A DNA stretch of 64,000 nucleotides from Cenococcum geophilum (taxonomy: Eukaryota). The translations under genes and the position numbers were made by a program. The notes under the pieces are model-generated. The model did not search any database and had not been told where the DNA came from. It worked only from the letters and a program-made list of their open reading frames with translations. Where the stretch lies: contig CP158635.1 of assembly GCA_050273025.1 (NCBI GenBank), positions 20,460,001 to 20,524,000 of the forward strand. The letters run 5' to 3'. Positions 40,512-53,600 of this stretch are shown piece by piece; the stretch's first letter is position 1, and each line of letters begins with the position of its first letter.

Positions 40512-40780
40512 GAGGCTCTGCACGAAGCTCTATATATAAATACTTTATACGAAGCTTTACGTATAGAGGCTCTATATAAGGCTCTATATAAAGCTTTACG
40601 TATAGAGGCTCTACGCGAAGCTCTATATACAGAGGCTCTATATAAAGCTCTGCATTAAGTCCCCGCTATATTCCCAATAACCTCTATATATACCTCTACC
40701 GCCTTATTTTTTACCCTTCCTTCCCTATATCCTCTCTACCTAGGGAGGCACTAGAACGGCAGCTAGCAAAGGACCGTTGC

Positions 40781-40993
40781 TAGAACTAGATAACTATCGC
40801 TAGAACTAGACGACCGTTACTAGAACTAGACAACTGTTACCAGAACCAGACGACCGTCGCCAAAGCCAGACGACCGTCGCTAGAACTAGACAACCATCGC
40901 CAGAACTAGACAACTGTTACTAGAACTAGACAACCGTCACTAGAGCTAGATAACCGTCACCAGAGCTAAATAACCGTCGCTAGAAGTAGACGA
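40781..40993. repeat. 20-bp minisatellite (~10.5 units, tagaactagacgaccgtcgc)
   Basis: Directly visible tandem units. Confidence 0.9.
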
Positions 40994-41049
40994 TAATAAC
41001 TAGCCAGCGAACACTATAAACAATTTAATTGATTAATTAAATTAAGGTA

Positions 41050-41300
41050 GTATAGATAGGTAAATATAAACAGGTAAATGCTAATAGGTAAATAGATATA
41101 GATAGGTAGGCAAATATAAATAGGTAAGTAGATATAGATAGGTAAGTAGATATAGATAGGTAAGTAAATATAAATAGGTAAGTAGATATAAATAGGTAAG
41201 TAGATATAAATAGGTAAGTAGATATAAACAGGTAGGTAGATGTAGATAGGCAGGTAATATAAATAGGTAGATAATATAGATAGGTAGATATAAATAGGTC
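41050..41300. repeat. 18-bp minisatellite (taggtaagtagatataaa)
   Basis: Directly visible tandem units. Confidence 0.85.
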
Positions 41301-42346
41301 TATATTTACTACTCTTAGTAGCTACTTTTTAGCTATATATATTATTTAAAAAAGTATATATAATTTATCTTGCTAGCCTTTATTTATTATTTAAAATATA
41401 TTATTAGTATAAAAGAGGCAGATGGCTCTAAATATGCCAAATATATAGGTTGTATGTAGATTATATATAGGTTACGTGTAGGCTACGCGCAGGCTGCGTG
41501 TTAAAAAAACATAATATAGGCTAGTCGGTCAAGTTGCCAAATGCCCTTAACTACGCGCTAATTGCGTCAACCACTAACCATTGAGGCCATTGAGAGGGTA
41601 CTATATTTTGCTAATATTCTAGTATAGTTTTATAAAACTCTTAGTATAGGATTTAATATATATTATTATTATTTTATAAGGTAAGATATAAATAGGGAGC
41701 TCAATTAATAGAATAGTAGGGTATGTTACGAGAATAGACAAATCCTTAAGAAAAAGGAGGTGTTTAAGCGCGAGGTAAGGAAGGGGTTTCCCTAGATAAG
41801 TGCAGCGTACGAGCCTTATAGGCAAGTCACCCTTAGGTTGCCTATGCCCCCTATAGGAAAAAATTAGAGGGGAAAGAGTATTCTAATTTTGCGTATAAAG
41901 AGGTAGGTAGTATATATACGCGGCGTAGGTCCCTAAGTTTTGCTCGCGCTAAGTAATTTACCCCGCCAAAATGCTAATTTGCTAGTGTGTTTAAATCGAG
42001 TAAGACTTAGGGACCGAGCAGGACCCCCGTGTCCCACGTTAAAGGTTATTAATACTTTTAATTTAAAGGCTAGGGGACGTTAGAATTTGTTTCGTATCCA
42101 TAAGGATTATATAAGTAAGCTTAAAATAGAAGTACAGTAGCTATTTACTATAAGAGGGTATAAATAGTAGTAGTTTTCAAGATCTTACTACCTTGTGTAA
42201 AAACCTTTTTACTACCGCCCTAATGTCTCGACGACTACTAAATCCGAAGACTAGTAGATATGTAGCCGTTGCCTCGTACAGGTATAGGGGCCAATTTTGA
42301 CGGCCTTATATATATTATTGTTATTAAAATATTTATTTACAACTCT

Positions 42347-42437
42347 CTCTTGCACCGATATCTTGCATCCTTAGAACTGTGGCCCGTGCGCACCAATCAA
42401 TGAGGTGTATATACGGGCGGTAAGTTATTCTACCGCG
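42347..42437. mobile_element. Diverged single end of the CCCTT-terminus MITE family, upstream of CHO2
   Basis: cttgcaccgata..tcc..a.aa.tgtggcccgtgcgcaccaat...tata.gggcggtaagt..ttct.ccgc matches the reverse complement of ~10110-10191. Confidence 0.7.
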
Positions 42438-42787
42438 TCGCTTGACGCGAGGAAGTTAATGTTCTTGATCGCGTGCACGGGCCACATCTCTAAAGCGATG
42501 CAAGCCAAGTTCGCTACACGTCTTCGATTGATCACTCCTCCTTTCACTCAACCCAAGCAAGAGACTCCATGGCCTTTGTCGAGGAACCGCGAAAATTGCC
42601 TTTGTATATATTCCTTGCTAGGAAGTGGCTCGATTACTGCTTCGTTCTTGAGACCGACCCTTGAATCCACGCACATAACACCCTGCATAATAATCTCGAG
42701 AGAACATTCCTGTTACTGTGCGTCCAATTCTCGGCCTTTCGCTTCCGAATCTGCTCAATCTGAACAACTCAACTTGATAAGATTGCG

Positions 42788-45700
42788 ATGGGTGGTTTTG
42801 AGAGAGAAAGATTCGTCGAGAGCAGTGAACTCAGAGGAGGGGCACCACATTCAACTGTAACGTCACAAAAAAGAGAGAGCTCGGCAGATGCAAGAGAGAA
42901 AGTGCTGGAAGTGAATTCGGCAGAGGATATGAACGGAAAAGATGAAAAGGATAGGCGCACCTATGGCAGGACTCCTGATGGCACAGGTGAGTAGCTTGCC
43001 GCGCCAGCTGCTTGTGCTGTTACGTCTAGTCGGATGCGACGAGGAACGTCTGCCAATTGCTCACTAGATATAAAAGAGCATGCGGTCAAATCAAGCAAAC
43101 TCCTTGTGGAGAATGATAAGTGCTGATTCTATTCTCACTTAACTGCAGTATTTACCGTTCCACAGACTCATGACATGGTCTCGCAGCTCCTATCACCAAC
43201 ACAACCAAAGAACATCTCGGACCTCATTGTACTTTCTGTACTTGCTCTGATGATACTCACTCTATACTGGCTACCGCCAAGCCTTCGAGTTCCTGCATTC
43301 GCTGTCATTTTCCTATTCTGGCGCGCTTCATACAATGCCGGCATTGGATACCTTCTTCAGGTTCAGTCTGACCACCGGCGTTTGGTCATATGGGCAAAAA
43401 ATTCAAAGATCTTTGAACATCCATCTAAAGGCAAAAACCCTCATCCCTGGATCTATGCCATTTTGAAGAAGGAAATGGAAACCAAAATCCCCACAGACTA
43501 CAAATTCGAGGAGGCACCAATTGAGTACAACACTTGGCTAGTCTTCAGACGAGTGGTTGATCTAATTTTGATGTGTGACTTTGTTTCTTACTCCCTGTTC
43601 GCCATAGCTTGCGGTGGTAGACCTGCGGGAGAAGGAGTGGCAATGACAGTTGCTCGCTGGGTTGCCGGGATTATCCTGGTGCTCTTTAATCTTTGGGTCA
43701 AACTAGATGCTCATAGGGTTGTTAAAGACTATGCCTGGTACTGGGGAGATTTCTTCTATCTCATCGACCAAGAACTTACTTTTGACGGCGTATTCGAAAT
43801 GGCTCCGCACCCAATGTACTCTGTTGGATATGCTGGGTACTACGGCATCTCTCTCATGGCAGCAAGCTACAAAGTCCTATTCATCTCCATCCTCGCTCAT
43901 GCTGCTCAATTCGCCTTCTTGGCTCTCGTTGAAAACCCTCATATCGAGAAAACATACAACTCACCGGCGCCCCGAAAGCGACTACCCAAGGACACTTCCC
44001 GAGAAGACGAACGTCCAGATTCTAGAAGTTCAGACTCCGGATTTGGAGATGGCCTCCCACCTTTCGGATCCACAATCCAACCCTCGCCAGTCCACAATCT
44101 TATTGGTTTGCAAAACATCGATTTTTATCGATCGATTGACGTGACGGTTCTGCTCTTTCAATTCTATCTATTCAGTTTTGCGGCAATGACCCCATCAACA
44201 GGCCTTTTCCAGACTTTCTTTGTTGCAAATGCTGTGGTCTGGCGCCTCTGGTACTCAATGGGCATTGGATGCGTACTGGATCGGCAGTCCAACAAGAAGG
44301 AATGGACTCGTCATTTCATCAAGTATGGTGACAGCGCTGAAGAAGCTTGGCGGCAGTGGAAGAGTCTTTATCATCTTAGCATGACCATGTGTCATGCTAG
44401 TTTCATCTGTGCTGCTTGGAAGATGTACTCCTCGCCACCTGATTGGGATTATGGGCTGGTGCTTCTACGTCACATCATCGGGGTTGCTATGGTAGCCCTC
44501 CAGCTGTGGACTGTCGTTAGCATATACGAATCACTTGGAGAATTTGGCTGGTTCTTTGGCGACTTCTTCGATCAATCACCTAACAAATTGACGTACAGTG
44601 GCATCTATCGTTTCTTGAACAATCCAGAACGATTTCTTGGTTTGGCCGGCGTCTGGGGCGTTGCCATCATTACATGGAGCAAGACTATCTTCTTCCTCGC
44701 ATTACTGAGTCATAGCCTCACTCTTGCTTTCATTCAGGTTGTCGAACGTCCGCATATGCAAAAACTCTATGGTGAAGCCCTGCGTCAGACCTCAGGTCTC
44801 TCTAAAAGCCTTAAGCGCTCGCTGCCATTACCGATCCGGCAATGGCATGGTAGCGTCGATCGCGTGCTCGGCGAAACCGTTGAATTCGTTGAAGAATTGC
44901 TTGAATCCGCACGCCCCAAGCTCGCCGCGGGTGTTGGTACATTCGTTAAAGATTCCACAGCACTCTTTAAGTCATACCCGGCACGTATCAGTATCACTCG
45001 CTTAGCTCCCGATATTGCGGGTTTAGATCTCAGAGATTATTCCATCGAGATTGAAGGCACGCCAAGCGCTGCAATCGCAGAGAAGGACAAGAGCAGCGGT
45101 CGTGAGAGCGAGATGGCGCGTCTGCCGGCCAAGCGTACAAGCGAGTTTCGGACACTAATGTTCGAGTATGGTGCACTAATTAAGGTGCGATGGACTGCGC
45201 CACTAAACCACAGCAAAAAGGACTGGATTGGGCTTTACATGGTGGCAGATAGTGCATCTAGGGATGTTACACGTGTTGCTTCTAACGGGCGCTGGATTGC
45301 TACGAACCGTGGTGTCTATGACTCTACAAGACCAGACCAGGGTATTTTGGTCAGCGATGATCTTATTCCGGCGAAAGACAGAAAGGATGGTGAGAATAGG
45401 GATTGTTATCATGGTGAGATGGAGTTTTCTGGTGACAAGATTTGGTGGACTTCTGGTGTCTTTGAGTTTCGATACCATCACGATGGGAAACACAACGTTA
45501 TGGCCATCTCTCTGCCTTTCGAGATCCGTATCGCTCGATTCGATGAGGAAGATGTTGAAGTTGATGCGAATGGTTTCATCAGAGGTGCTGTAGAGACTGC
45601 TTTACTTCCAGTAGTCAGGAACTGCTTTGATAGAGACCCGGAGATTGCGCCTAGCACTGTCGATGAGCCGTTTGGTAGTTTGGTCGGGAGGGATGGGAAG

Positions 45701-46041
45701 TATGCAAAGCGTGTAGTCTTTGCGGTACATCAAATGCAAGTTTTCTTTTTTTTTCTTTTTTTTTTTTAAAATGGAAAGTAAGCCGGTTAGAAGACCACTA
45801 ACATCTTGTAGGTTTGGCATCGAACTCGCGCCCGAGGTGGTGCAGGCTGATGGAAATGTCAAGAATCTTGCATGGCGAATATGTAACGCAAAGAAGGTCT
45901 TGGTATGCACTGTCTCCCCACCCTTTTGGCCTGCAGGTAGCTCCGCATCTAGTGTACGAACATGTTGACTAACGTAACCTCTAGGCCCCATACAGCATGT
46001 CACCGTCAAAAGGTAGAAACACGCCGACAGGTGGCGGATAG
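42788..46041 (+). CDS. CHO2: Phosphatidylethanolamine N-methyltransferase; exons 42788-42986, 43149-45735, 45812-45902, 45985-46041 (977 aa)
   Basis: [66 protein letters not shown] motifs; the splice model gives a continuous 2934-nt frame, with intron 2 as GC-AG. Confidence 0.95.
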
Positions 46042-47677
46042 CAGCTGCGGGAAATGTAGTGCTAACAGAATTTTTCCTTAACTTAAGCCTTCCTAGACTT
46101 CGAGGCCCTGCTTTTTTCACCCCATGAACTTTCAGTGCAGTTTGATTCCTTAAATCTCACTGCTTACTGACGAACACCCGACCTCTATTTCAGTACCTCC
46201 TTTCCGCATGCGTACGTTCGAATACAACGCCGGTATTTCATTCATCAGATTGCGCATGTTTACTACAGAGGATTTTCTCCTTGATCATCATATGCATTAT
46301 CCCTTAACCCGCTAAAATTGGTCCCTTCGGTATCAATAAAAACCAACCAATAAGATTAGGACAGCGGTAGCGGGACACCCCCTAATTGATACACGGACAC
46401 CCCCCAATTGATACGCGGATACCCCCCACTGATTGAGTTTAGGTCCTCCTTAATTAAGTTAGAATATCACGTGAATTTAAGTTGTTTGCATCCGCATCAG
46501 TGCGCGACGGTCGCGAGCCTGTACTCAAATATTATGACCGTAACACCTCGATTGCGCGGTACCCGTGCCGCTGTCGCGATCCACTTACCTCGTTACCGAG
46601 GTAAGTGCCGGCCAGCTCAAACGTCAGATTTGCCAAGACCATGATTTTGAAGCCGCAGGGCTCTGCTAAAAAGTCGAATATTTAGAATCTTGTAGTGTAG
46701 TACTGGTTTCTTAATGGAAGGAGTCTCTATATACAATAGATCAAGGCTCTGGCCGCCTTGTGGCGTCCTAAAGAAGCTACTTCGCAGTTGCCCGTTCCTT
46801 CCTCAGTAATGCACGCGCAGCTTTTAGAGCCTCCTCCTGCTCGCGCTTTTGTACAATTGACCGTGCATTTGCTGTATATATAACCCCTCCCTTCTGTACA
46901 ACCTTTCTGTTACTTTTTTGGCGTTGCTGACAAGCTCTAGTAGCTGCTTATATATTTGCAAGCTCGCGTTCGGCTTATAGTCGTGCATGCATATTTACTA
47001 AACTACCTCTTACGAATTTTATAAAGATATCTATGGCCTCCTTATTATCTTTATATACCTCCTAAGCTAGCGGTAAAACTTTCTTCTAAACTATACGCAA
47101 AGATCTTAGTATATATGATGTAGATGGTGGCTTATAAGGTGGTAAAGGGGGGGGGGTAGTAGGACGCGCCTTACGTATAGAATTAAGGACAATTTAAGGG
47201 TTATAAGGAACGAGGCCTGCCTGCCAGAAGGCTAACTTAATTATACTTAATTTAAATGTTTGGTAATGAATTAATTTAATTACATAAAGGAATTTAACTT
47301 TATTAAAGTTGGTGCAGCCCGTTTATATCGCTTGTTTAACTACCTTACTATAGTGGTGTTTATACAGCTAAAATACAATAACATTAAGAGGCTGCAAAAG
47401 GTGGCTTATATGCGGAGGTAAGGTAAATAGTATAATCTTTTAATTATCGTAATACTTAATAAACTCCTTCATAAGGTAAGAGCCGTAGCTATTAAAAATT
47501 AAGAGCCTATATATACCTAACTAGCGCTAAGAACTATATACGTTAAAGTACTTAAGCTAATTAAAAGCTAATTTATTATTTAAATAGCCTATTTTTAATA
47601 GGCCTAATAGATAGTGGTTAGGAAGGGCTAAATTCTTAAACCACTAGTAAAAGAACTATGCGCCCGTAAGTATAATT

Positions 47678-50600
47678 TGTTACGGACGCTTTAAGTACAA
47701 TATTACGACTACTTGGAGAAGAGACGGAAGAAGCTAGTTAGTTAATTTAGGCATAGTCCAGAATGGAGCCAATAGAACCATGTGATGAGGAATAGTAACC
47801 AAGGTTATATAATGTGCTACGTATTAAACAAGAGGAATGAAAGGAACTTATATACCTTACGTATAAGACGTATATTATGTATAAGAAGGATTTTATAGGA
47901 GTATAGTTGTATATTTAAGGACCCTTAGTCCCTACCTAGATAGTTCCTTCCTAATAGTGATTCTTAGAATATAATTAGAGTTAATCTATTAGGCAACCAC
48001 TCTACCAGTTATTATTACGTTATTAACTTTTATACTTATATTTCCTATATACCTAGCCCAATAATAAGCCCATTATAGTTCTTACTATAAGGTTCTGTTA
48101 CACAATTACTACCTAGTTATAGTATTAATATAAGAAGTTAAATAATATGCTACTAAAAGCAGCCACTATAACGCTATTAACGGTAGCAACTACTTTAAGG
48201 ATAAGAGGTAACACTAGTATAGCGGATACTAACTTATAGCAACCTATAACGGTTAGACAGCTATAGGAAATAGTTAACTAGCTAACAGCTAATAATATAG
48301 TATTAGAAGAAAGACTTAACGGGATAAAAGCAGTAAAGATTAAGCTACTATTAATTAAGAGATTTATAGGAGAGAGGTTAAAGCTTAAAGGATTCCTTAT
48401 ATAGATGCATTTTAAGGTCTTACAGAAGGGAGTAAAGTTACCTACACCTATAGATCGGATAGCCTATATAGGACTATTCTTATTAGAAAAAGCACTTAAG
48501 TGGTTTAAACCTTACCTTATAGAGATATAGGTAAATAGAATAATAACCACTAACTAAGATATACGATTTATATTCTTAAGTTAGGAAGGATTTATAGAAC
48601 GACTAACGCAGATATTTAGAAACCTAGAAGAAACAACTATAGCGGAAAGAAAACTCTAGAACCTTATATAATAAACTTTAGCAATTAAGTATATAATATA
48701 GTTCTAGACACTAGTAATATAAGTAAAGTGGAATAATAGGGCGCTTATAGCATAGTATAAATAGGGACTTAAGGCTAAAGTTTAGGACGCGATTATCCTA
48801 ATAGAAGATGCGGATACCCTAAGGGAACTAATAGATTAGGTAATTAAGATTAATAATTGGATTTACTAAAGGGAATAGGCTAAGAGAGGCTAGGATAGAG
48901 TTCTATAGTTATATAAGGCGCAGAGTACGTAATAATAAAAGCTAAGTTAGAAACTATGGTACGGCGCAGAGCTAATAGACTTAAGTAGTACTAAAAAAGC
49001 CTATAAGAGATGGAGTAAACTATAAAAACCTAGAGAACAAGGATTAAGTAATTAAAGGTCTAAGGAGTAGAGGCTAAATTAGGGATCTTAACAGCAGAAG
49101 ATATTTAGGCGGACTCTATAACAAGAAAAATGGTTTAAAGAAGGAGCTTATATAAATTGCGGAAAATAGGGTTATTATATTAGAGATTATAAAAGTGGGT
49201 AGAGTTACTATATAGTAAAAGGTATAAGACTAGTAGACAATATATATGTATAAAGGGATAATAATATGCTATAAGGAATAAAAGAGTGTTTAATTAAAAG
49301 TTTTACGTTTTATTACAATAACGTATACTAAATTTATAAGGACGCTAAGTACGGCGCAAGCTATTAGCTATAAGAGCTAGCACCTATAGAATATAGAGGA
49401 ACTAATAAACTAGTTCACAGATCGGATATTAAGGACGATGAATTTAACTTAGGCGAAATATTCTATAATGATAAGGCAATAAGGGCCGCTTACTAGGAGC
49501 AAGCAGACCTTAGAGATATTATACTAGAGGTAGAGGATGATTCTATTATAGAATAAGGAATATTAGTAGGGATTAAAAACCCACTAGACATAATATCTAT
49601 CGCTTTGCGAGACGTAAGAAAAGTAGGATAGCGAACTACTTTAGTACTTAATAAAGACAAAAGGCCAAAGGCTTAAGATTCTTAAGATAAGATAAGAGAT
49701 AACTAAGATTCTTAAGATAAGATAAGGTAAGCTTAAGGACCCATAACAGACAGAAACCAATAGAGTAGAGCAGCAGCTTAGTTTAGAACTATATAAATGA
49801 GCTTAGGATAAAGTTTCCCACAAGTATAAGACTCTTAAGACGAGATAAGTGAGATTTAAGACTTTTAAGACGAGATAAGAATACTACAAACGCCTAGTTA
49901 GACTAAGGCGGGAGCTAAGCTTAAGTTAGAAGCAAGCTTAGGATTAAAGAATCTAAGGGGTTAAGAATTCAGGGTATAAATTAGGACACCCATAGATAAA
50001 AGGCAAGGAGCTTCTTTATAGATTAGAGAATCTACGGCATAAATAGTAATTAGACTGGGAGACGAATATATAAACCTAGAGGATTTACTAGTTAAATAAA
50101 GTATTTAGACTAAAGATTAAAAAGTTAATACTAAGATTAAGAAGTAAGATAACTTTAAGGATTAGAGCGCAAGGCGCAAACTAAAAGAAACCATAGAAGA
50201 GTTTAGGCAAAGAATTATTACATAGCAAGAATAGAAACTAGATAAGAGATCTAGTATATTAGGACGTATAAAGGATAGAGCACTAGTATAAAGAATCACT
50301 AATAGGCTAAGAGCAGGCATACTAAGAGCTAAGTGGCTTACTAAACTAGAAAGTAAAGAGGATCTAGGGATTTTAACTAGGTTCGAAGAACAATATATAA
50401 AGGGCTATTATAATGCAGTAATAAGAAGATACTTCCTTATGGACAAGCCGTATATACTCTAGCAGCTATACTAAAAGTGGTATAGGTAAAGACGCAATGA
50501 TAAGTAGAAAGATTTTTATATATAGTTAAATGAAAAAGTTATCTAGGACCACCTGATTACAGAGAAGGCTATAATGTATATTAAAGGAGCCTTAATTATA

Positions 50601-53600
50601 ATGTTAAAGGATCTAGAGGAACATTTAGAGGACTAAAGAAGTAAGAGGCGCATCTTAATACCTGCGAATAAAGTTATAATGTTTAGATTAGCACGATAAA
50701 GGTTTAAACTTAAGGATAAAGACGAGCTAAGAGTTAACCTAAAGCACCTAGCACACTATATAATATTATAGATTGCGTATATAGACAATATATGCGAAAT
50801 ATATAAGAATCTAAAAGAAAAGAATTAGAAATACCCTATAAGGATATACTAAATAACGGACGAGTAATAGTATAGGAATACCAAATATATATATAGATGG
50901 CATCCAATAAAAATCTAAGAGGAAGGAAGTTTAGTACTTTAACTAGGAAGATTCCTTACGGAGGAATACTTAGATGGATAATAGTAATGGGAATACCTAG
51001 AAAATATATGTCTATAGTATATTAAAGATAAAAAGCGAACTAGGTATTAGCTAAAGAGTAAGCTAAGTATACTAGGATTAAGCAGCTAATAGTTAGGAAA
51101 AGTAGAGGCCTATAGAACCAGAGGGAGCCAATAGTAGAGCCTTAGACCCTTAAAGGAATTTAAGGACAACACCTAAATTTATAGATTAATTGGCAAGATT
51201 AGTAGTTTAAAGCGCTAATAGATAGTAAAGTAACGCGAAACTATATCTTACTAGTAGTAGTTAAGAGAATAAGGCTACCTTATAGATAAAAGGAGTAATT
51301 TTACCTATTAGTTATAATTTTAGGAGATCTAATAACCTATAGAGGAGGGATTATTAATCTTAAAATAGGACCTATTTAGATAACTATTAAAGGGAGACAA
51401 ATTAAGATGTCTTTTAATATCCTACTATTGGGACAGAATAAGGTAGTATTAGGCATGCCTTAGTTATAGGAATATAATCTAAGGATTAATTAGATTATAG
51501 GTTAGGTCAATATTAGAGATATTTAATGCTATAAAATGTGATAATAAGCCAAGTTGGTATAATACTAAGTAGGAGCAACCTATAAAGAAATAGAAAAAGG
51601 ACTAAGCTATATACTAAAGAGATACCATAAGTACGGCAAGAAACTATAGTTACCGAAAAGTAAAAAGCTATTAGAATATATAGCATAGGACTATAAAATA
51701 GAGTTAGAACTAGGAATAAGTCTAAAGTTCTTTTCAATCTATAAGCTTACTAAAGAAGAGGGTAAAGCGTTAAAAGAGTTTATCTAGGAAAATCTATAAA
51801 AGGGATATATTAGACCATCGCAATCATTAGCGGGTTATCCAGTACTATTTATACTAAAGAAGAATAGTAAACTAAGGCTATATATTAACTATAGACAGTT
51901 AAATAGCATTACTAGGAAGGATAGGTATCCTTTACCCTTAATTAGCGAAATTTAAGATAGGATAGGTAATACGCAAATCTTTATAAAGATAGATCTAAGA
52001 TAGGCGTACTATTAGATTAGGATTAAGGAAGGTAACAAATAAAAGGCAGCTTTTAGGTTAAAGGAAGGACTATATAAACTATTAGTTATATAATTTGGGC
52101 TTATAAATGTATTAGTAATATTCTAGAAGCGTATTAATAATATATTAGGAGAATACTTAGATAAATTTATTATAGTATATCTTAATAATATTATTATCTA
52201 CTTAATAACTAAGGAAGAATATAGGGAACACGTTAAATGGGTCTTAAAGAGACTATAAAAAAAATAGATGCTAATAGTAATTAAGAAATATAAGTTCTTT
52301 ACTAGGAAGACTGATTTTATTAGATTTATTATTAAACTAGGCTAACTTAGTATAGATCTAAAGAAGATTAAGGCTATAGTAAATTAGTAGGAACTAAAGA
52401 ACATTATACAGTTAAGATTATTTTTAGGGTTTTATAATTACTGTAAAAGGTTTATAGCGCAGTGGTTAAAGGATATTAAGCCATTTACGCGGTTAATAAA
52501 GAAAGAAGAACTATAGGTATGGGGAAAAGAGCAAAAAGAACTCTTTAAGAAAGTTAAAGAGTTATTTACCTAGGAGCCAGTTCTTAAGATCTATTAACCA
52601 GGACTAGAGATAGTTGTAGAAATAAATGTATTAGACTATATACTAGGGGCATACTTTATATAAAGGCATTAAGACGGATAGCACCTAGTGGCATATTATA
52701 GTCGGAAGATAATACTACTGGAGTTAAACTATAACATCTATAACAAAGAGTTATTAGGTATAGTTATAGTATTAAAGGAATAAAAAGCATTCTTACAAGG
52801 CATAGAGAAACTATTTATAGTTAAAACGGATTATAAGAACCTAATAGGATTCCTAATAATAAAGGAACTTAACCGAAGACAGGTTAGATGGGTAGAGATA
52901 CTTATAGAATACTATTTCGAGATTTAGTATACTAGAGGTATAGATAATATGAGGGTAGATACTCTAAGCCGTAAAGCTAAACTATAAAATAAGGAAAAGC
53001 CATTAGGGGCTTTATTGCGAAAAGATATAGACGGATTGATTAGGTATAATTATCCGAAAATCGTAGTAACTTAAGAAGATGATGAACTAGAGAAAGTCTA
53101 TAAGATACTAGAAAGCTTTTGGGTATAAAGAATTCTAAAAGTATAGCTAGAAGATCTATAGACGGATATATACAAAAATTGAAAAGTAAAGTATATCCTA
53201 AGAAGTATAGTAGAGCAGTTTGTGGAGGACTTCTATAAGGGACTAACTTAAGGATATAATAGAGCTATAGGCTTAGTATTAAGACTTTAAAAGGAGTATA
53301 TTATTAATAGAATCTAAAGGATAGCTAGGAAGGTTACTAAAAAGTATCTAGATTATTAAAGGAATAAACCGATAAGGTATAAGCTATATAGAGGGCTATA
53401 ACCTATTAAAATACTAGAGAGACTATAGGAAGTTATATTATAGGACTTTATTGTTAAGTTGCTAAAATTAAAAGACCCTATTACTAAATAAGATTATGAC
53501 GTGATCTTAGTAATAGTAGATAAGCTTACGAAGTAGGGATACTTTATAGCATACACAGAAGAAATCTTAGTAAAAGATATCGCTAGAATTTATGTTAAAG

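Larger units (their letters stand above)
39760..42340. repeat. RIP-mutated repeat block between NUP49 and CHO2 with several tandem arrays (unclassified element remnants)
   Basis: AT-rich with TpA excess; arrays at ~39900-40140, 40230-40650, 40781-40993 and 41050-41300; 41674-41720 resembles 63064-63109. Confidence 0.7.

Noticed and set aside
40781..41300. Regular short repeats resembling a CRISPR array
   Set aside because: Units are contiguous with no unique spacers, the context is eukaryotic and there are no cas genes; these are minisatellites.
41826..41842. gtcacccttaggttgcc similar to 62603-62618
   Set aside because: Only ~16 bp, and its order relative to the other shared segment is inconsistent; probably coincidental.
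42405..42860. 151-aa ORF upstream of and overlapping CHO2 exon 1
   Set aside because: GTG start inside a MITE remnant, no recognisable domain, and it overlaps the CHO2 5' region in another frame.
43707..46120. Alternative-frame and antisense ORFs inside CHO2 (likewise inside NUP49 and EGT1)
   Set aside because: Shadow ORFs of real coding exons.
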